A DNA stretch of 64,000 nt from NCBI GenBank assembly GCA_040954595.2, contig CM082576.2:18399028-18463027 (forward strand), given 5' to 3'. A program made the position numbers and the translations under genes. This DNA is from Balanoglossus misakiensis. Its lineage: Eukaryota; Animalia; Hemichordata. A model generated the notes under the pieces. It saw only the letters and a program-made list of their open reading frames with translations, was not told where the DNA came from and made no database searches. The number at the start of each line of letters is the position of its first letter. The first letter of the stretch is position 1. Of the stretch, positions 34,601 through 49,800 are shown piece after piece.

Positions 34601-36842
34601 TTAATGTTGTACAGCCGCATGTCCTGTCCGAGTCAAGAATGTTTGAAAGTACAGGTGCAGGCAAAATAACGATCAGCTATCAAACATTTCTCCTCAACAG
34701 TGTATGGCAGAGACAAAATTGGACATGTTTTATCATTGGTTAATTTAAATGTACACAGTCGATAATCTTACAACTGAGCTGGAAGAGGCGGGGGGGGGGG
34801 GGGGGAAGACTGTAATATGTTTGGACCGCCAAGAATACCTAATCAATGTGGACGCACAGATGGCCATTGGTATGATAATGAGTGTGCTGTAAAAAGAAAG
34901 CTCAAATTCTATTGGTTGAATATTTTTAGACTAGAAGCCCGTTGAATGTCAGATAGCAGAGGATCCCTGAATCAGTATAAAATTTGTAGTAGTTTGAAGT
35001 GTGTATTAGGGTCATTGACATTGTCTTGATTCACAATAGTAGAGATCGGTAGGCAGTTTATGTAAATTGTAATGCAAAAGTTATTTATTATACTTGTAAT
35101 GTGATTTCAGATAGGTATTAAAATAAAAGTATCATAATGTAATTATAATCCAGTTTTAATAATTCAAGAATTACCGGTTGTTATTTTAGTGCCAAATTTA
35201 CATACATCAATCTGAGTGCTCAACTGCTCACCTGCGTCCCAGAAAGAAAATTTGGCAATGTGGCAAGCCATTCCCAACCTGAAGAGGGTTTTATACCAGG
35301 GTGGGGAAATATAGTTTCATGTTATGTTATTTGAAATTGACCAATATAATTTCCATCACTCCACTATTAAAGCCACCAGATCCAAAAATAGTGTGTTAAC
35401 ACATTTCTTCCCAATCAGTGCGGCGTACGAACGCGTACAAAGGGTTGAAAATATGACTGGATGATATGACAGGGGGGCTGCAAACATTAAAGTTATAAAT
35501 GGGGGAGTTCCGATCTGCATTTTCCCCACCTGTCTTGTTATTTGCTAATCCAAAATAAAAGCTATCACATTTCCAATTAAGCACCTGCAAACAACTTAAT
35601 CTGTGTGCCCCGTCCACAGATTAAGATGATAAAGTAAATTTCGGTTAGCGAGTACTGGGTATAACAAGAGGATCAAAGAGAGATGGATTGTTCTTTTTAA
35701 CAGATTTGAGCAATGTAAACAAATCATATGGTTCTCTGACATTCACGATAAACATGCAGCACTATAGACATTTGTGTTGCAAGATTTGAATGAAATTCAT
35801 CTCCGCATGTGAAGGAAGGACAGACCGAAATTTGTACGCCCCACTGGAACATGGCGATCGGGACAAACAAAACTATTGCAATTACCTCACAACCATCAAC
35901 TACTGCCTTGGGCGGTATTTCGAATTCCGTTCCAGGAAAAACAACAACAACACATATGCGAAGTTATAAGTGATAGCGAAAGAAAGTATGTACGTTTATT
36001 AAAATAACACTAATCATAATCAAATAATTCCGATCATATCCATCCATATTCCAAATATATTCAATCAATTATCACATTTATATGGCATATTGTACAGACA
36101 AACAAAACACAATACAGCACAGGTATTACAGTAAGTCCAAAAATATATCCTCCAGTAGTTGAATGTACGCATGTGCACATAATAACTACCTAGGTCCATA
36201 GTGAATATGTCCTCTATACATTGGAAACCTACGATAATTAATACACCTGTGTCACATTTGTTCAAAAATAAATGTAGTTACAATTCAATTCCAATACGGT
36301 TTAAATGCTGACCTTTTTATTTAGCTTAATCTTAATTATTAAATGTAATAAATCGACAGTGTTGCGCTTAATGTAAGAGAAACCTAACTAACAATCATAA
36401 ATAATATTTTGCATTCGATCATTGAATCAATAACACGGATAAAGCTCAAAGCCAGAACAGTATTCTGTCATTTTTCAACTTCGGAGCAGGGTCTAGGTTT
36501 CTTACAAAACGCGAAATCCCGAGGATCAACACAATATGCACAGCCAGATATGCAGCGAAAAAGCCTAGGATTAGAACCATGAAAGTGTTGTCATTGTTAC
36601 CGAGTTCGTCACCTGTCAAGAAAAAAAATTGATAGCAAAAAAGCTTAAAGTGCAGAATATGAGGCCTTGGGCTATAGGCGTGGACAGGATTCATTCGGGT
36701 TACTTGTGACGTGGGCAGGATCCATTCAGGTTACTTATGAAATACAGTATTATATATTTGCGAGCATAACCATCTATATATTCAATAAAATCACTAGGCA
36801 AATATATTTTACCATTGACTGGTAAATGGCCAATCAAAAACC

Positions 36843-36852
36843 ACACACACAT

Positions 36853-36887
<35 letters not shown>

Positions 36888-36890
36888 CAC
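36843..36890. repeat. (CA)n microsatellite
   Basis: Read directly. Confidence 0.9.
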
Positions 36891-39800
36891 AACATCAGCA
36901 GCACAGCGTGGCCTAGCACAGACAACCATAAATGCAGCCAGAAGACAAAACCATGAAAGAAAGATGCACGGACCTCTGGCAAAATAAAGAAGTGATATCA
37001 TGCAGGTGTTTCAAAAATATTAAGGCCGCCCAGTCTCATTTTATATTATTTGATTGTGTTTTGTTTCTACAATTGTGATTGTGAAGCACAGTGGGCCTAT
37101 ACTTACAGCGGGGCACTTTCGAATAGCCATCGACAACACTAATGCTTGGGAAATGTTGGCACAGTGGACCTTTACATGCAGTATGTTGAGAGAAGATGCT
37201 GGCGTCGATTGTATCTGTTGATATGGAGACAGAATCAGTGTGGTCTCCCTCAACGTCTGGTTCAGTCCCATCAATCAATTAATCAAGCAACAAAGTTTAT
37301 ATAGCGCCAAAATCCCCCCCCATGCACTACAGTTGTAGCCGTTATAGTAGAGTTTTCCTTCAAGATGAAACCAGACACGCTCTCAGTGCCCTTGTAATCA
37401 GGGATGTCTGTCAGAACTTCGTTATCTGTCGTTTCGTATCGCTGCATTACGGTTAACTCTAACGAGGATTCTGTTTCAGTCATTCTAGTTTCAGATTTAG
37501 CATCAGCGCCAGTATCTTCTGTGACATCTGTTGACATTTTTGAATAACTGGTGTCAGTAACATCAGAGCTAACATGGTCTGTATACCCAGGTGTATTCGA
37601 CACTGGTTCACCTGTAATGTAAAACCCACAAGATATAACTGGTTTAGGATAAGTGGTATTCAAAGAAGCGTTGGGTCACAAAAGGGCGCCATGATTACTT
37701 CGGCTTGTATTAGTGATTCATTGAAGCATGTTAGGTCCATATCTGACAAGAAACTGCCACGCTGAATATTGCAATTTCTGGTAACATCATTCATTCAAAC
37801 TGCAATAAATCGATGGTGCAGATCGGATACACCTCTTAGTAAAACGGGTTTCCCGTTTATTTTTGGAGGACGTTTACACTTATTTTGTCTGCCGGTAATG
37901 TGGATAATGTAACGTTCTCGCGACGAAGGTTTTATTAGACACGCAAGAGAGAACCAATACAAGAAGTGGCGATGCAGTTCTTTTCTGAGATGGCGACATT
38001 TCAGTACTTGCATGTCGCAACCGTTCGTGACTCAAGTTACATCTATTTAGAGTTCAACATATTAACAAACATGGTACAATTATTACGCCACAACTTTGCA
38101 ATACAATGAAACTGCACACATTAGAAACCCGACCAAAATCCTAAAAGGTCGCCATTCGTCTTTACTTCATACAAAAAGTATTGCTTAACCAATTTGCATG
38201 GGAATCTCTGGTTTACTGTTGAACGATTTGATAAAGTTTAACATATACACCTACCATATCGACAGACAAATCTTCGATAAAGTAGACAATCATCCAAAAT
38301 GTACAATTTTGTGGCTCTAAAAAATTACAATAAAAAATCGTTACTAATTCTGTTCAATACGATTATCAGGAAAAATCATTAAAACATGTTATCAGCTGAA
38401 TCTGAATTGTGTCACATTCCTTAGGCTTCATTAAAGGGCGACGAACGCCTTATGCGCATGAGCCAAACTAGAGACTCGGGCAGTATGCTGTTATAACAAC
38501 AGACAAGATGGCGGAGACTAGTCTGTGTTGGAGATCAGGAACAGACAACAAATTGGATTAAACGAAGGGACAAATCTAAAGTCTCATATTCGGCGCCCAT
38601 GCAATAAGAAAGGATGCGGATGCAGCCAACTATTTGAATGTGCCAAAGGCAAACTTTGCAGAACATTTGGGTTGGACGTATTGTTTGTACATACGAAAGT
38701 ACGCACATGCGCATAAGATGATCGTCGGCCTAAGCTACACATCCTTACTCAACTTGATGCACATATGTGCTCTACTTATAGATGGAGACAACAGATCACG
38801 GACGCGCAGTCACTGTACATTTTCTAGTTAACATAGCAGTACACCTTATCTAGACGAAACTGTTTACTGTGGATACATTGCGTTACAGTGTCTAATTGTG
38901 ATGGTGTTACATTCACCAATATTCTGCTAGGGAAACATGTTTTAGTGAAGACAAATAAATAATTACAAATCCGCTCGAATACATGTTCTCCAAGGGCTAC
39001 CGTATGGCTGGTGGTCCGCCCATGGTAAGTAAGTCAGTGGTGTCCCATCATAGTGCGTCCATTTATCCTCTGTATGGAAATGCATACCATCTATCCACAA
39101 TACTCTTTACAGAAAACCTTTATTGACGTAAAAAATAGAATTGATGTCAGGCCGGACAACTATGACTTCTTGCTTGTGATAGGTTTAGTTTATAGTGGAT
39201 GCAACAAAAAGTGGAATGGATAACCGTTTTTTTTAGTAAAGCATGTTGCTTTTTACCTGTTTTCAAATTCCGTTTTCCTGAATTTCAAAATTAAATCCGC
39301 AACGAGTAAAAATTCGTTTGCGTTCTCGGGAAAGTTCACGTATACGGGCGTTCCGAAGGTTGCAATACATAAACAAACTCGCCCTCGATCGACCTTCCGT
39401 ACCACGTAGACAACATGACAGTGACACTTGCGGCATAATTTTTTTACGTATAGCTTCGTTGACATGACTGCTTGGTACATGGTACACGGTATGTATGGTG
39501 AACGAATGTCAAATCCAGCATCATCATCGAGAGGTTTGCTTTACGTGCGTGAGCGAGCCATGTTAACTGCGCGTGATTCAAGAGCAGACGACATGTACCG
39601 ACGCAGTAGGAAGAAAAAAATAAACAAATCGCCGTTCGAGGTCGGGTTTGGAAATTAATAAATATCGCCGTATTTATTCTGTTTATGTTTGCATTTTTTT
39701 TTACCCCTTAAAATGTTCGCATTGTTCGAAATCCTCCGTTATTCAGACGGAAATTGTACACGTCCACTGGTTCTTGGGCGCGTCGCGCGTCCATCGAATA

Positions 39801-41077
39801 ACACGATACATTATAAGTAATAATGTATAGCTATGACGTCTCAAAATTCACTGGTATTGATAAAGCTATATTACATATATTACATATGGCCTGCCGTTTA
39901 CGTTTACACCCCGTTTCTTCATCTGACACTTGCAGTATCCTGTTTGCGACATACTGATGCCGACATCTGTGAAAGTCGCAGTCGTTGTGCTAGGTTACTT
40001 GCTGATATTTAGGACAGGTTTTTCAGGTTGTGTTGTAGGAATCTTTTCAATTATCTTGTTATGTCGTTATACAATGTATGTTCCTCTGGCATGGCGATGT
40101 ATACATTTCTGGGTGCCACTAGTTGTATGACTAGTAAACAACATTGTCCAATGAAAGATGGGAGTGTGGTGTAACTAGCCTATACAAAATTGTGATATCA
40201 TCGTAGTGTGACCTGTCCACGAAACAACCAATATCGTTGCCTGATCTCGTTTCTTTAATTTTCGGATGGTGTTCTTATGGTGTTTTCGATGTTTTCGTCT
40301 AAAATGGGAGTATCATATGTAATAATAATGTAATAACAGAACCCGATGGCGAGATCGTGCTGCAACAGAATACACCACCAGCACTCGTTCAAATACCGCG
40401 CTTGATCCATCTGGTCGTGGGGTTCTGTCATATTAGCCGTTCTACATCAAAGGCCTCGCCAATAGAGATCTCGTTGCAAATATAAATCGCACAACACGCA
40501 GGTCAGGTCAGACCCCTTTAAAATTAAAACAACATTACCATATTACACCACAATGTGCACCGTAATTGGTGTCTGTTCCAAACACCAAATCCATTACTGC
40601 GATACTTCTATCTATACTCGAACCGTCTGAGTGAACAAAGTGACCATTAGTCTCTCTATCATTGGCGTCGATCCAAACGAATTCTGTAAACCATTGCAAA
40701 GAGGAAAAGCATGTTGAACGTTGAGTAATACATGTAGATTTGTTTACTTTAAAAGTCATGTTGATTATTACAACAATTATACTTCTGAGTGAGAAGACAT
40801 CGTTCGTATGAACAAGCAGTAATGACAAAGTTGGGTACTCTATTACTCTTTACCGGAATGTGGTAGGACATCACCTCGCCAAACCAATAACGCTATAAAG
40901 CTGACAACTATATTCATGGTCTCTTGGTCGTAAAACCTCAACAGATGCCCACTGTCCTGCTCACATGCTCTTTTTGCTTCCAGCCACGTTGTTTCATAGT
41001 TGGAAAGTTTCAACTCATTTTCGATCAGGGATATAAGCTCTTGGGCTGAAACACATGGCATTTACAAACATGATTAA

Positions 41078-41677
41078 GATGGTTGGAAAGGCTATTTTTG
41101 AACCAAAATCTCTCAATGTTTGTGAATTTATTTTCGCAAGTTAGAATAAAGATAATGACTTGAAATTTGCAGCATGTATTCTTAACAAACTAAAAAGTGA
41201 GGGAAAAATATGACTGTAAAAATATCTGCTAAAATTATGAAATTTGATACGCCTAAATATAAATATTCATAATTTTACAAAATATTGATTGAATCTTGAC
41301 ATGTTTTCACAAATTATTGAATAATTTGTATTCATTTTAAAATGAAGCAACCCCTCCAGCAATGTATGGGACACTTTCAGCAAAAACTTATTTTTTTCAA
41401 AGTTATCACTCAGGAAAATTTAAATGCCCTTGGCTAGGGGAACCCGTCCTTGTGCGCATAGCCTAGGAGAAGTCTTCCCCTAGAGGGCGCTCAAATAAGG
41501 CTCCCTAGCTTCCTTGCCAGATGTATGAAATTAGGTATCATAAAACCAGCCATATCTTGTTACACGTTTATTGCCCCGAATTTTTCATAAGTTTAATTTT
41601 TCTCTAATACATTTCTAGATATAAATTCAGTGTTTTTAAATGAAATTTTAACTGACGCCCTAGCCTTTCCAACTACC
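41078..41677. mobile_element. Internally deleted, inverted copy of the 29883-30869 Kolobok-like element, in lectin intron 1
   Basis: TTAA flanks and the same TIRs. About 390 bp of the interior is missing. Confidence 0.85.
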
Positions 41678-42329
41678 TTAAGATCTTGTGTTGGCAGTAC
41701 AGTTCTAAATCTGAACTAGAATGTGCACGTTAATTTAAAAACGTGTATTGTCTACATTAACTTCAAGTATTTATAGTGTTGGCAACTGATGGTACATAGA
41801 TTGAACGTATATTCTGACATTTAATAACAGAATTCAAAACTGTTATGATTTGTGATCATTGTCACTTTCCTCGAAATGACATGTCTATGGCAAGATAATG
41901 AAGTTGTTAAACACTGCTACTCTTATACTGAGATTACCATCAGGAATACATTAAAGTGGAAAACATGAAAATTGTCTACAATACCGTTCACTGTCACCTC
42001 GGTATGTGAGAAAATTACCACGGATACAATACTAAAGTAGCACAGCCATCGATGTAGTTGTCCCATTGTTGAGCGAATATAGTGACGTGTGTGACGTGGT
42101 ATATCCACGCCTTTAAAACCGCTTCTCTCATGTGCGCACAAGATTATTCCATCATACAATAGGCGTCATGTTTTTTCGATCGACTTTATGTACAATTGCC
42201 TCTAGAGTACTACATGTGTTGAATTTAACCCTTTCAAGCCCAGAACCCTCTATAGATGTCCAACCTTCCCATGGAAAACAACTGGTTTGGACTGGACTAT
42301 AGTGGTGAAAGGGGTAAAAGAATAATCAA

Positions 42330-42850
42330 CCTCTAATTTAAATAATCCCATATATGGTAAACAACGTGTGTCTAAGTCTTTTATTGATGTTTTTATTAGA
42401 TATATTTTGGAAGAAGCATGCTTGTTTAATCGTCGGAAACCAAGAATGTAGTACTGAATTTAAAGGAATACAATACTTCTAATTTGTATATTCCCATATA
42501 TAGACAAAGGGGTGTGTCCAAGTCTTTTATTGATGTTTTTATTATATATATTTTGGAAGAAGCATGCTTGTTTAATCGTCGGAAACCAAGAATGTAGTAC
42601 TGAATTTAAAGGAATACAATACTTCTAATTTGTATATTCCCATATATAGACAAAGGGGTGTGTCCAAGTCTTTTATTGATGTTGTTATTAGATATATTTT
42701 GGAAGAAGCATGCTTGTTTAATCGTCGGAAACCAAGAATGTAGTACTGAATTTAAAGGAATACAAAACTTCTAATTTGTATATTCCCATATATAGACAAA
42801 GGGGTGTGTCCAAGTCTTTTATTGATGTTGGCATTAGATATATCTTGGGA
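42330..42850. repeat. 146-bp tandem repeat, about 3.5 copies
   Basis: TTCCCATATATAGACAAAGGGGTGTGTCC at 42491, 42637 and 42783. Confidence 0.9.
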
Positions 42851-43401
42851 GACGTGTAAACTGCGGAAATGTCGAGCAAATCTCGTGACAATTGCAAGGG
42901 AGTGGATGGTTGTTAGTGAAGATACCAAACGCGAATGTGAGTTGTTCTGTGCACGCACCAGATGGCTGATAGAATTCGCGTGCCGCACAGAAGAATAAAG
43001 CATCGAGTTTCGTAGCATGTTTACGCCATCAGCACATTGTATCGAATTCAGGTACGATGTAACGTTATCCTATACCACAATATCCCACCTAAGGCATACA
43101 TGCAAAATTACTTCTGCTGCGGCGAGAGGTCTCAGAGAGGGAAAGTCTCACTATACAATCCCACGACAGTCAAAAGATAAAACTAAAAAAATTCGGTCTA
43201 AGTTTGGTACACTTTCTGTTCATTTTGTTTAAATGGGAGAGTTCCCGGAGACGAGGATGGTAACTGTACTTGTATAGCAAACAGAGGTAGAAGTACAGTG
43301 AATTATTGTTGTATTTCAACAAGATTGTTTCTGTATATCACTCGGTTTGAAATCCCTACAGTGTTTGGATCTGACCATTTTCCGTTGATATGTAATCTTA
43401 A

Positions 43402-43678
43402 AGGGACAAAGTCCTCTCTCTTGCTGCCCTTTTCCATCAATTATGTTTGATACAAGATACCGTTTATGTTAATGTACATGTGAATATGTAGTGAGTGGAC
43501 GTTCAATCACACACAACTTCCATCCTGCTTGTATGATAAGAGAGTAGAACCTCACCCAACATGAATTGATGGTAGAGACCAATTATTTAAATTGGCGTGA
43601 TTTTTCACTCTCGTATCTACAAGTGGGGTGGAAGTTGTCTGTGGTTGAGCGTTCATTCACTACATATACACATGTACT
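43402..43678. mobile_element. Diverged copy of the palindromic TTAA MITE
   Basis: Starts TTAA|AGGGACAAAGTC. Confidence 0.7.
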
Positions 43679-43716
43679 TGGAGATAAATATTCTTAGCCT
43701 TATAGTTCAACCACAC

Positions 43717-45020
43717 AAAGAAGTATTTTTGTGATAAATTGCAACTGTCTGTAGCCTCTGGGAAGGACCACAAAAAATGGCAAGTCATCAATGAAATTTT
43801 GAACAAAAATTCAAAGGTTAATGCTCCACAAAAAATAAAAGATGACAAACACCCCGGGAATTTTGTTACTAAAAATATTGATATAGCTGACGCCTTTAAT
43901 TCTTTTTTTTGTCAACATTGGACAAAATATAGCATCACAAATACATTGTAGCGCTATCTAGCATCACAAATACATTGTAGCGCTAATTTCAATGATTGCC
44001 TTGGTATTCGTCATTTTCATTCTTTCTTTTTCCATCCTGTGCATTCTGGTGATATACTCAGAGAAATTAATGTATTAGATCACTGTAAAGCTGCTGGTTT
44101 TGATGATATTTATCCAAAACTTGTAAAGGAATCAGCTGATTATATTACAGAACCATTTGCTCATATTGTTAATATTTCCTTGTCACAGGGTATTTTTCCA
44201 GAGAAACTGAAAATGGCAAGAGTAACACCAATTTTTAAAAAGGGTTGTGTTCATGATATAGGAAATTACAAACCTATCTCTGTCTTGCCAATCTTTAGTA
44301 AGCTGTACGAGTCTATTGTAAATAAGCAACTGTGTTCTTTTTTTGAAAAATTTGATATTCCCACTAACAGCCAATATGGATTTCGTAAGAAATTTAGTAC
44401 CAATTTAGCTTTACCAGATCTCACAACTGAAAAAGCACATTGATAACGGTATCTTCATTGATTTTTAAAAGGCATTTGATACGATTAACCACACAATTTT
44501 GTTAGCTAAGCTATGCCACTATGGGATTAGGGGATCCACACTTAATTGGTTTAAGACTTATATAGAAGACCGACAACAGTATGTCAAGGTCAATAATTAT
44601 ACTTCAAAAGTGAAAAGGATCTCCTGTGGGATTCCACAGGGATCAATTCTAGGTCCACTTCTTTTTCTAGTATATATAAATGATATCTGCAGGTCCTCAG
44701 ACTATTTTCAATTCAGGTTATTTGAAGATGATACCAATTTATTTTGTTCAGATAAGCAGGACAAAATCGATCTTGCCACTCTGAATGTTTAGCTAACTAA
44801 AGTACAGACCTGGTGTAAGTCAAATAAACTTACTATTAATATTGACAAAACAAACTATGTTATTTTCAAAACAGCCCAGGCAAAATTTAATCCTGAGGGG
44901 GATTTATATGTCTCTGATTTACCAATACGAAATGTTTCATCTGCTGTTTATCTTGGAGTTACTCTTGACTCATCATTATCCTGGAAGTCTCACATCAACA
45001 TTATTTTTAAGAAGGTTAGC
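43717..45020 (+). pseudogene. Internal fragment of the L2/CR1-group LINE ORF2
   Basis: Highly similar to ~48812-50103, with no 3' tail. Confidence 0.88.
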
Positions 45021-46852
45021 CATGATCATACATGCGTTTTTCTTTAAAAATGTCCCTAACAGTAATTTTCATCCTGACTTTCATTCTGACATAACAGTTA
45101 TATGTTGAGATGACTGTCCATGATACGATGCAGGATGCAAAAATATCACACTGAAGCCATTTACATATGACAATTACCTGGAAATAAATATTCTAAGCTT
45201 AATAGTTCAACCTCACTTGCGTTATTTGTTTCATTTTTTCTCAAATTGGTTTAAATAAATGCATTAACGGGCATTTATTTGAATCTGGTTATTCTCTCAG
45301 AATTTTTGTTTTATGTTTCAACCACATCACACATTTTCTTGTTCTCCTGCCTGGAATTTATCCCAAAATGTCTATGAGTCAACAAGTCATGTTTACGTGT
45401 GTAGACCATTCTTACTATTAAGAAATGCATTCAAGTCCGGGCTTGAATGCATTTTTTGTCAACAAAAACACATGCTGGTAGAGTTGAGAAGACAAATACT
45501 AATCCTGATATAGGGAGCCGAACAAGAAACCATGGTTTACACACAGAACAATAAAACTGACAAAATAGTCACAAGTTACAGATAGTTGTGCCAGTTTTAT
45601 TATAGAGATTAATGACGGAAAATGCACTTTTGTCGAATAGAGTGTCTGTTTCATAGCCAGCGACTTATGACAGTTACAAGGCCAACAAAGATGTTTTCCA
45701 GTTGCATGGAGAAGCTTCGATAAAGATTTAATAAACTAGCATCTCTGAAATCATGTACGCCTATTTTGGGACCTCTCTGTTAGCATATAGCACAACTGCA
45801 AATTAATTGACAGAGAAATATCCATGTGTGCACATATCGTGCACTTACTGTGTTGCGATAGGCTCTGGCTACCTGAGCCTTGAAATGCATCGTCGCCCGG
45901 GCCGGTTGCGTGTTATACTCGAAATAACCATTTGCTAATTTCTAACAGCAATTACTTTTCTTGTAGATGTTCACTTAGTAAATACAGTTTAATTTTTCGT
46001 GTAATACATATACATTATTCTCTATTTCGGTATGTGGTGTTTAACAGTAAGATGATAAGATTTCTTGGGCGATGGCTAAAGTATCTTCGTCCTGTTCTTT
46101 CTTCCATTGACATTACAAATAACTTGCTGCAAGTTTATACATATGATATCCATAAGTCATGTGTCAAAATATTCTTTCCCACTTTACATGTGCACAAGTT
46201 TTACACTGTGTGAAATGTTCTGTATCCATCGAGTTACAGCAGAATCCATTTTGATGGATTCTTACAATATACAATGGAATCCACAGAGAATCCTTCGATA
46301 TCCTCTACATGGTATCCAGCATAAGAATATACAATGGATTCTCACAGTATCCACAAATCTTTGGTATTTGAGAATACATTTCAGAATCCTTTGTGGATAC
46401 CGCTGGATACTGTTACCACAATGCATTGTGGTATTACTGTCTAACAGTAAGAGCGGGAATCCATCATTCAAACCATTGGATTCTGTTGCCATTATGCATT
46501 TTGGGTTTCAAAGGCGAAGTTGAGCATAGCAACATGGAAGGGTCACCAACAAAATTTTAAAAATCTTAAAAGTTTGAAACATTGTATTTTTCACATAACT
46601 GACTAATTACTCGGGCTTCATGCTAATGGTTGCGATGTCTAAGCTAAAGTGGACGTTCAGCACTAATATGCAATTTGAACTGAGATTAAGCCATGATTTC
46701 TCTCTAAGTAGTAATTGATTTAAACATTTAAATTCTCTGTGCTCTTGGTTCAGTCCTGGACTCTACCGCTTTGGTGTGTTACAACGCATATTGTTTAATT
46801 TTGTATGCTTGGTCGAGAAATGCACAATAGCTTGGTTAAATTGAGAGGTTCG

Positions 46853-49800
46853 TAGGTGTATCTTGAAATAAGAGGCATACCAGAATTGCCAAATGAAAAT
46901 ACTGATACAGTAGCCCTGAAAGTCATCCAACTCATAGAAAAAGACATAACCAGTTCAGATATTGACGTGTCACATCGAATCAAGAAACGTCAAGCACTCG
47001 GCAATGAACACATTGACCACGGTACCAATACCCGGTTTCCTGCCGCAATCATTGTGCGTTTCACCAGAAGAAAAATTCGTGACGCGGTCTACAAGCAACG
47101 CAAAAATATGTCTCGCTTCAAAACATCGGACATTGGCTACCAAGTAGAAAACAAGATATACATCAACGAAAATCTGACACCAGGACGAAGATCTTTATTC
47201 ACAAAGGTAAATGCCAGAAGAAAAGAATATGGATGGAAATACTTGTGGACGCAATACGGAAAAATCCTGACAAAGAAAGTCGACGGGTCACCAACTGTCT
47301 ACATTCCGAATGAGGAAAGTCTCGCCAAAATCTGCTAGGCGTCCTTTAACTACTACATCATAGTGTACAAGCAAACTCATCATCGGCGAAACCACAGACC
47401 ACTTCTTGCAAAGTAACTATAATTGTAAGTCTTATACTTTGGACGAATTTAATGCAAACGATTCCCTTCTGACTCTGCAGTCATTTTCAACTCTTCATTT
47501 GAATATTAGATCGATCAGACGTCACTTTGATGACTTGTCAGTTGTTCTGTCGCTATTGAAATGCAAATTTTCTGTCATTGCCCTCAGTGAAACATGGCTA
47601 GACCCAGGTGTTGATGCATCATTATATAACCTCCCTTCATACAACTTTGTTCATAAATGTAGAGCTGTTTCCAGAGGAGGAGGTGTTGGTCTCTATTTAC
47701 ACGAGTCGTTATCATACTCTATAATACACTCAGTTGTTCTCCAACATTGCGAATGTCTTTTTGTTGAAATCCTACTTGAAAAAAGCAAGGTCATCATAGG
47801 TGTCATATATCGCAGACCAAATACACCTACTCAGGAATTTTTAACCAGTTTATCAGATTGTCTTGATAATCTACGCATTACCAACAAAAAATGCGTTTTA
47901 CTAGGGGATTTCAATATAAATATAGATGGCGATAACACTGTCTTTAATGAATATATCGCTACTCTTAGTGGTAATAATTTTTATCAAATCATGGATGTAC
48001 CGACCAGAATAACTACTCACACCTCCACATTAATAGATCATTGTCATGTAAATTTTCGTGACCAGTTCATTGAAAGTGAGACAGTATACACATGGTGACT
48101 GACAATGAGGGCAACAGTGTATTTTGATGACCGAGGGTGCTGCTAGTCACAACTAAAACAGTCTTGTTTTCCCGAGGGCATAGCCCGAGGGAAACAGACT
48201 GTTTTGGTGTGACTGGCAGTCCCGAGGTCATTAAAAATACACTGTTGCCCGAATATGTCAGTCATCATGTGTTTTATAACACACCAAACCGATCGAACTG
48301 ATGCCCTAGGCAACAGTTCGAAATGACTAATGTCACGTGACGTCGTATTGACGAATCACGATCGAGGGTTCGCTGCATGGTGTGTTATAATACAGACTGA
48401 TATAAGTGACCATTATCCCATCTTTGCCATCTTTAAGGATTTACGCCATGTATTCAATGTTGAAACAACTGATTTCAAGTGTGATTTTTCTTTATTTGAT
48501 CCAGTTTCTTATAAAAATGACTTTGCAAATATTTCTTGGCAGGATGTTTACGACTCTAATGATCCGAATGTTGCCTATAATACCTTTTACAAATTGTTTC
48601 ATGATATGGCAACAAGACACGTGCCAGTCAAACGGTGTTCAAACCAGTGTAAGCGCTTACGGAAACCATGGATCACAAAAGGACTTCTGGTCTCAATTAA
48701 AAACAAGCATAAGATGTTCTCCAAAACAAAACGCCATTCTGCAAGCTCATCTATTCACCAAGAGTACAAACTTTATCGCAACCTGTTAACAAAGCTGATG
48801 CGACGAGCAAAAAAGAAGTATTTTTGTGATAAATTGCAACTGTCTGTAGCCTCTGGGAAGGACCACAAAAAATGGCAAGTCATCAATGAAATTTTGAACA
48901 AAAATTCAAAGGTTAATGCTCCACAAAAAATAAAAGATGACAAAACCCTGGGAATTTTGTTACTAAAAATATTGATATAGCTGACGCTTTTAATTCTTTT
49001 TTTGTCAACATTGGACAAAATCTAGCATCACAAATACATTGTAGCACTAATTTCAATGATTACCTTGGTATTCGTCATTTTAATTCGTTCTTTTTCCATC
49101 CTGTGCATTCTGGTGATATACTCAGAGAAATTAATTTATTAGACCATTGTAAAGCTGCTGGTTTTGATGAAATATATCCAAAACTTGTAAAGGAAGCAGC
49201 TGATTATATTACAGAACCATTTGCTCATATTGTTAATATTTCCTTGCCACAGGGTATTTTTCCAGAGAAACTGAAAATGGCAAGAGTAACACCAATTTTT
49301 AAAAAGGGTTGTGTTCATGAAATAGGAAATTACAGACCTATCTCTGTCTTGCCAATCTTTAGTAAGCTGTATGAGTCTATTGTAAATAAGCAACTGTGTT
49401 CTTTTTTCGAAAAATTTGATATTCTCACTAACAGCCAATATGGATTTCGTAAGAAATATAGTACTAAGTTAGCTTTAGCAGATCTCACAACTGAAATATC
49501 AAAGCACATTGATAACGGTCTTGTTACCTTTGGTATCTTTATTGATTTTAAAAAGGCATTTGATACGATTAACCACACAATTTTGTTAGCTAAGCTATGC
49601 CACTATGGGATTAGGGGATCCACACTTAATTGGTTTAAGACTTATATAGAAGACCGGCAGCAGTATGTCAAGGTCAATAATTGTACTTCAAAAGCGAAAA
49701 GGATCTCCTGTGGGATTCCACAGGGATCAATTCTAGGTCCACTTCTTTTTTAGTATATATAAATGATATCTGCAGTTCCTCAGACTATTTTCAATTCAGG

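Larger units (their letters stand above)
36446..42066 (-). pseudogene. Type I membrane C-type lectin-like gene (signal peptide, CTLD, S/T-rich stalk, TM), disrupted on this allele
   Basis: Predicted exons: 42066-41985 (signal peptide), 41045-40854 (TWLEAKRACEQDSGHL), 40683-40539 (VWIDANDRETNGHFVHSDG...HCGVI), 37611-37107 (stalk), 36612-36446 (TM). Middle exon(s) unresolved. Confidence 0.72.

Noticed and set aside
35390-35640. Possible GPCR TM7-like remnant on minus
   Set aside because: Too short and stop-ridden to support.
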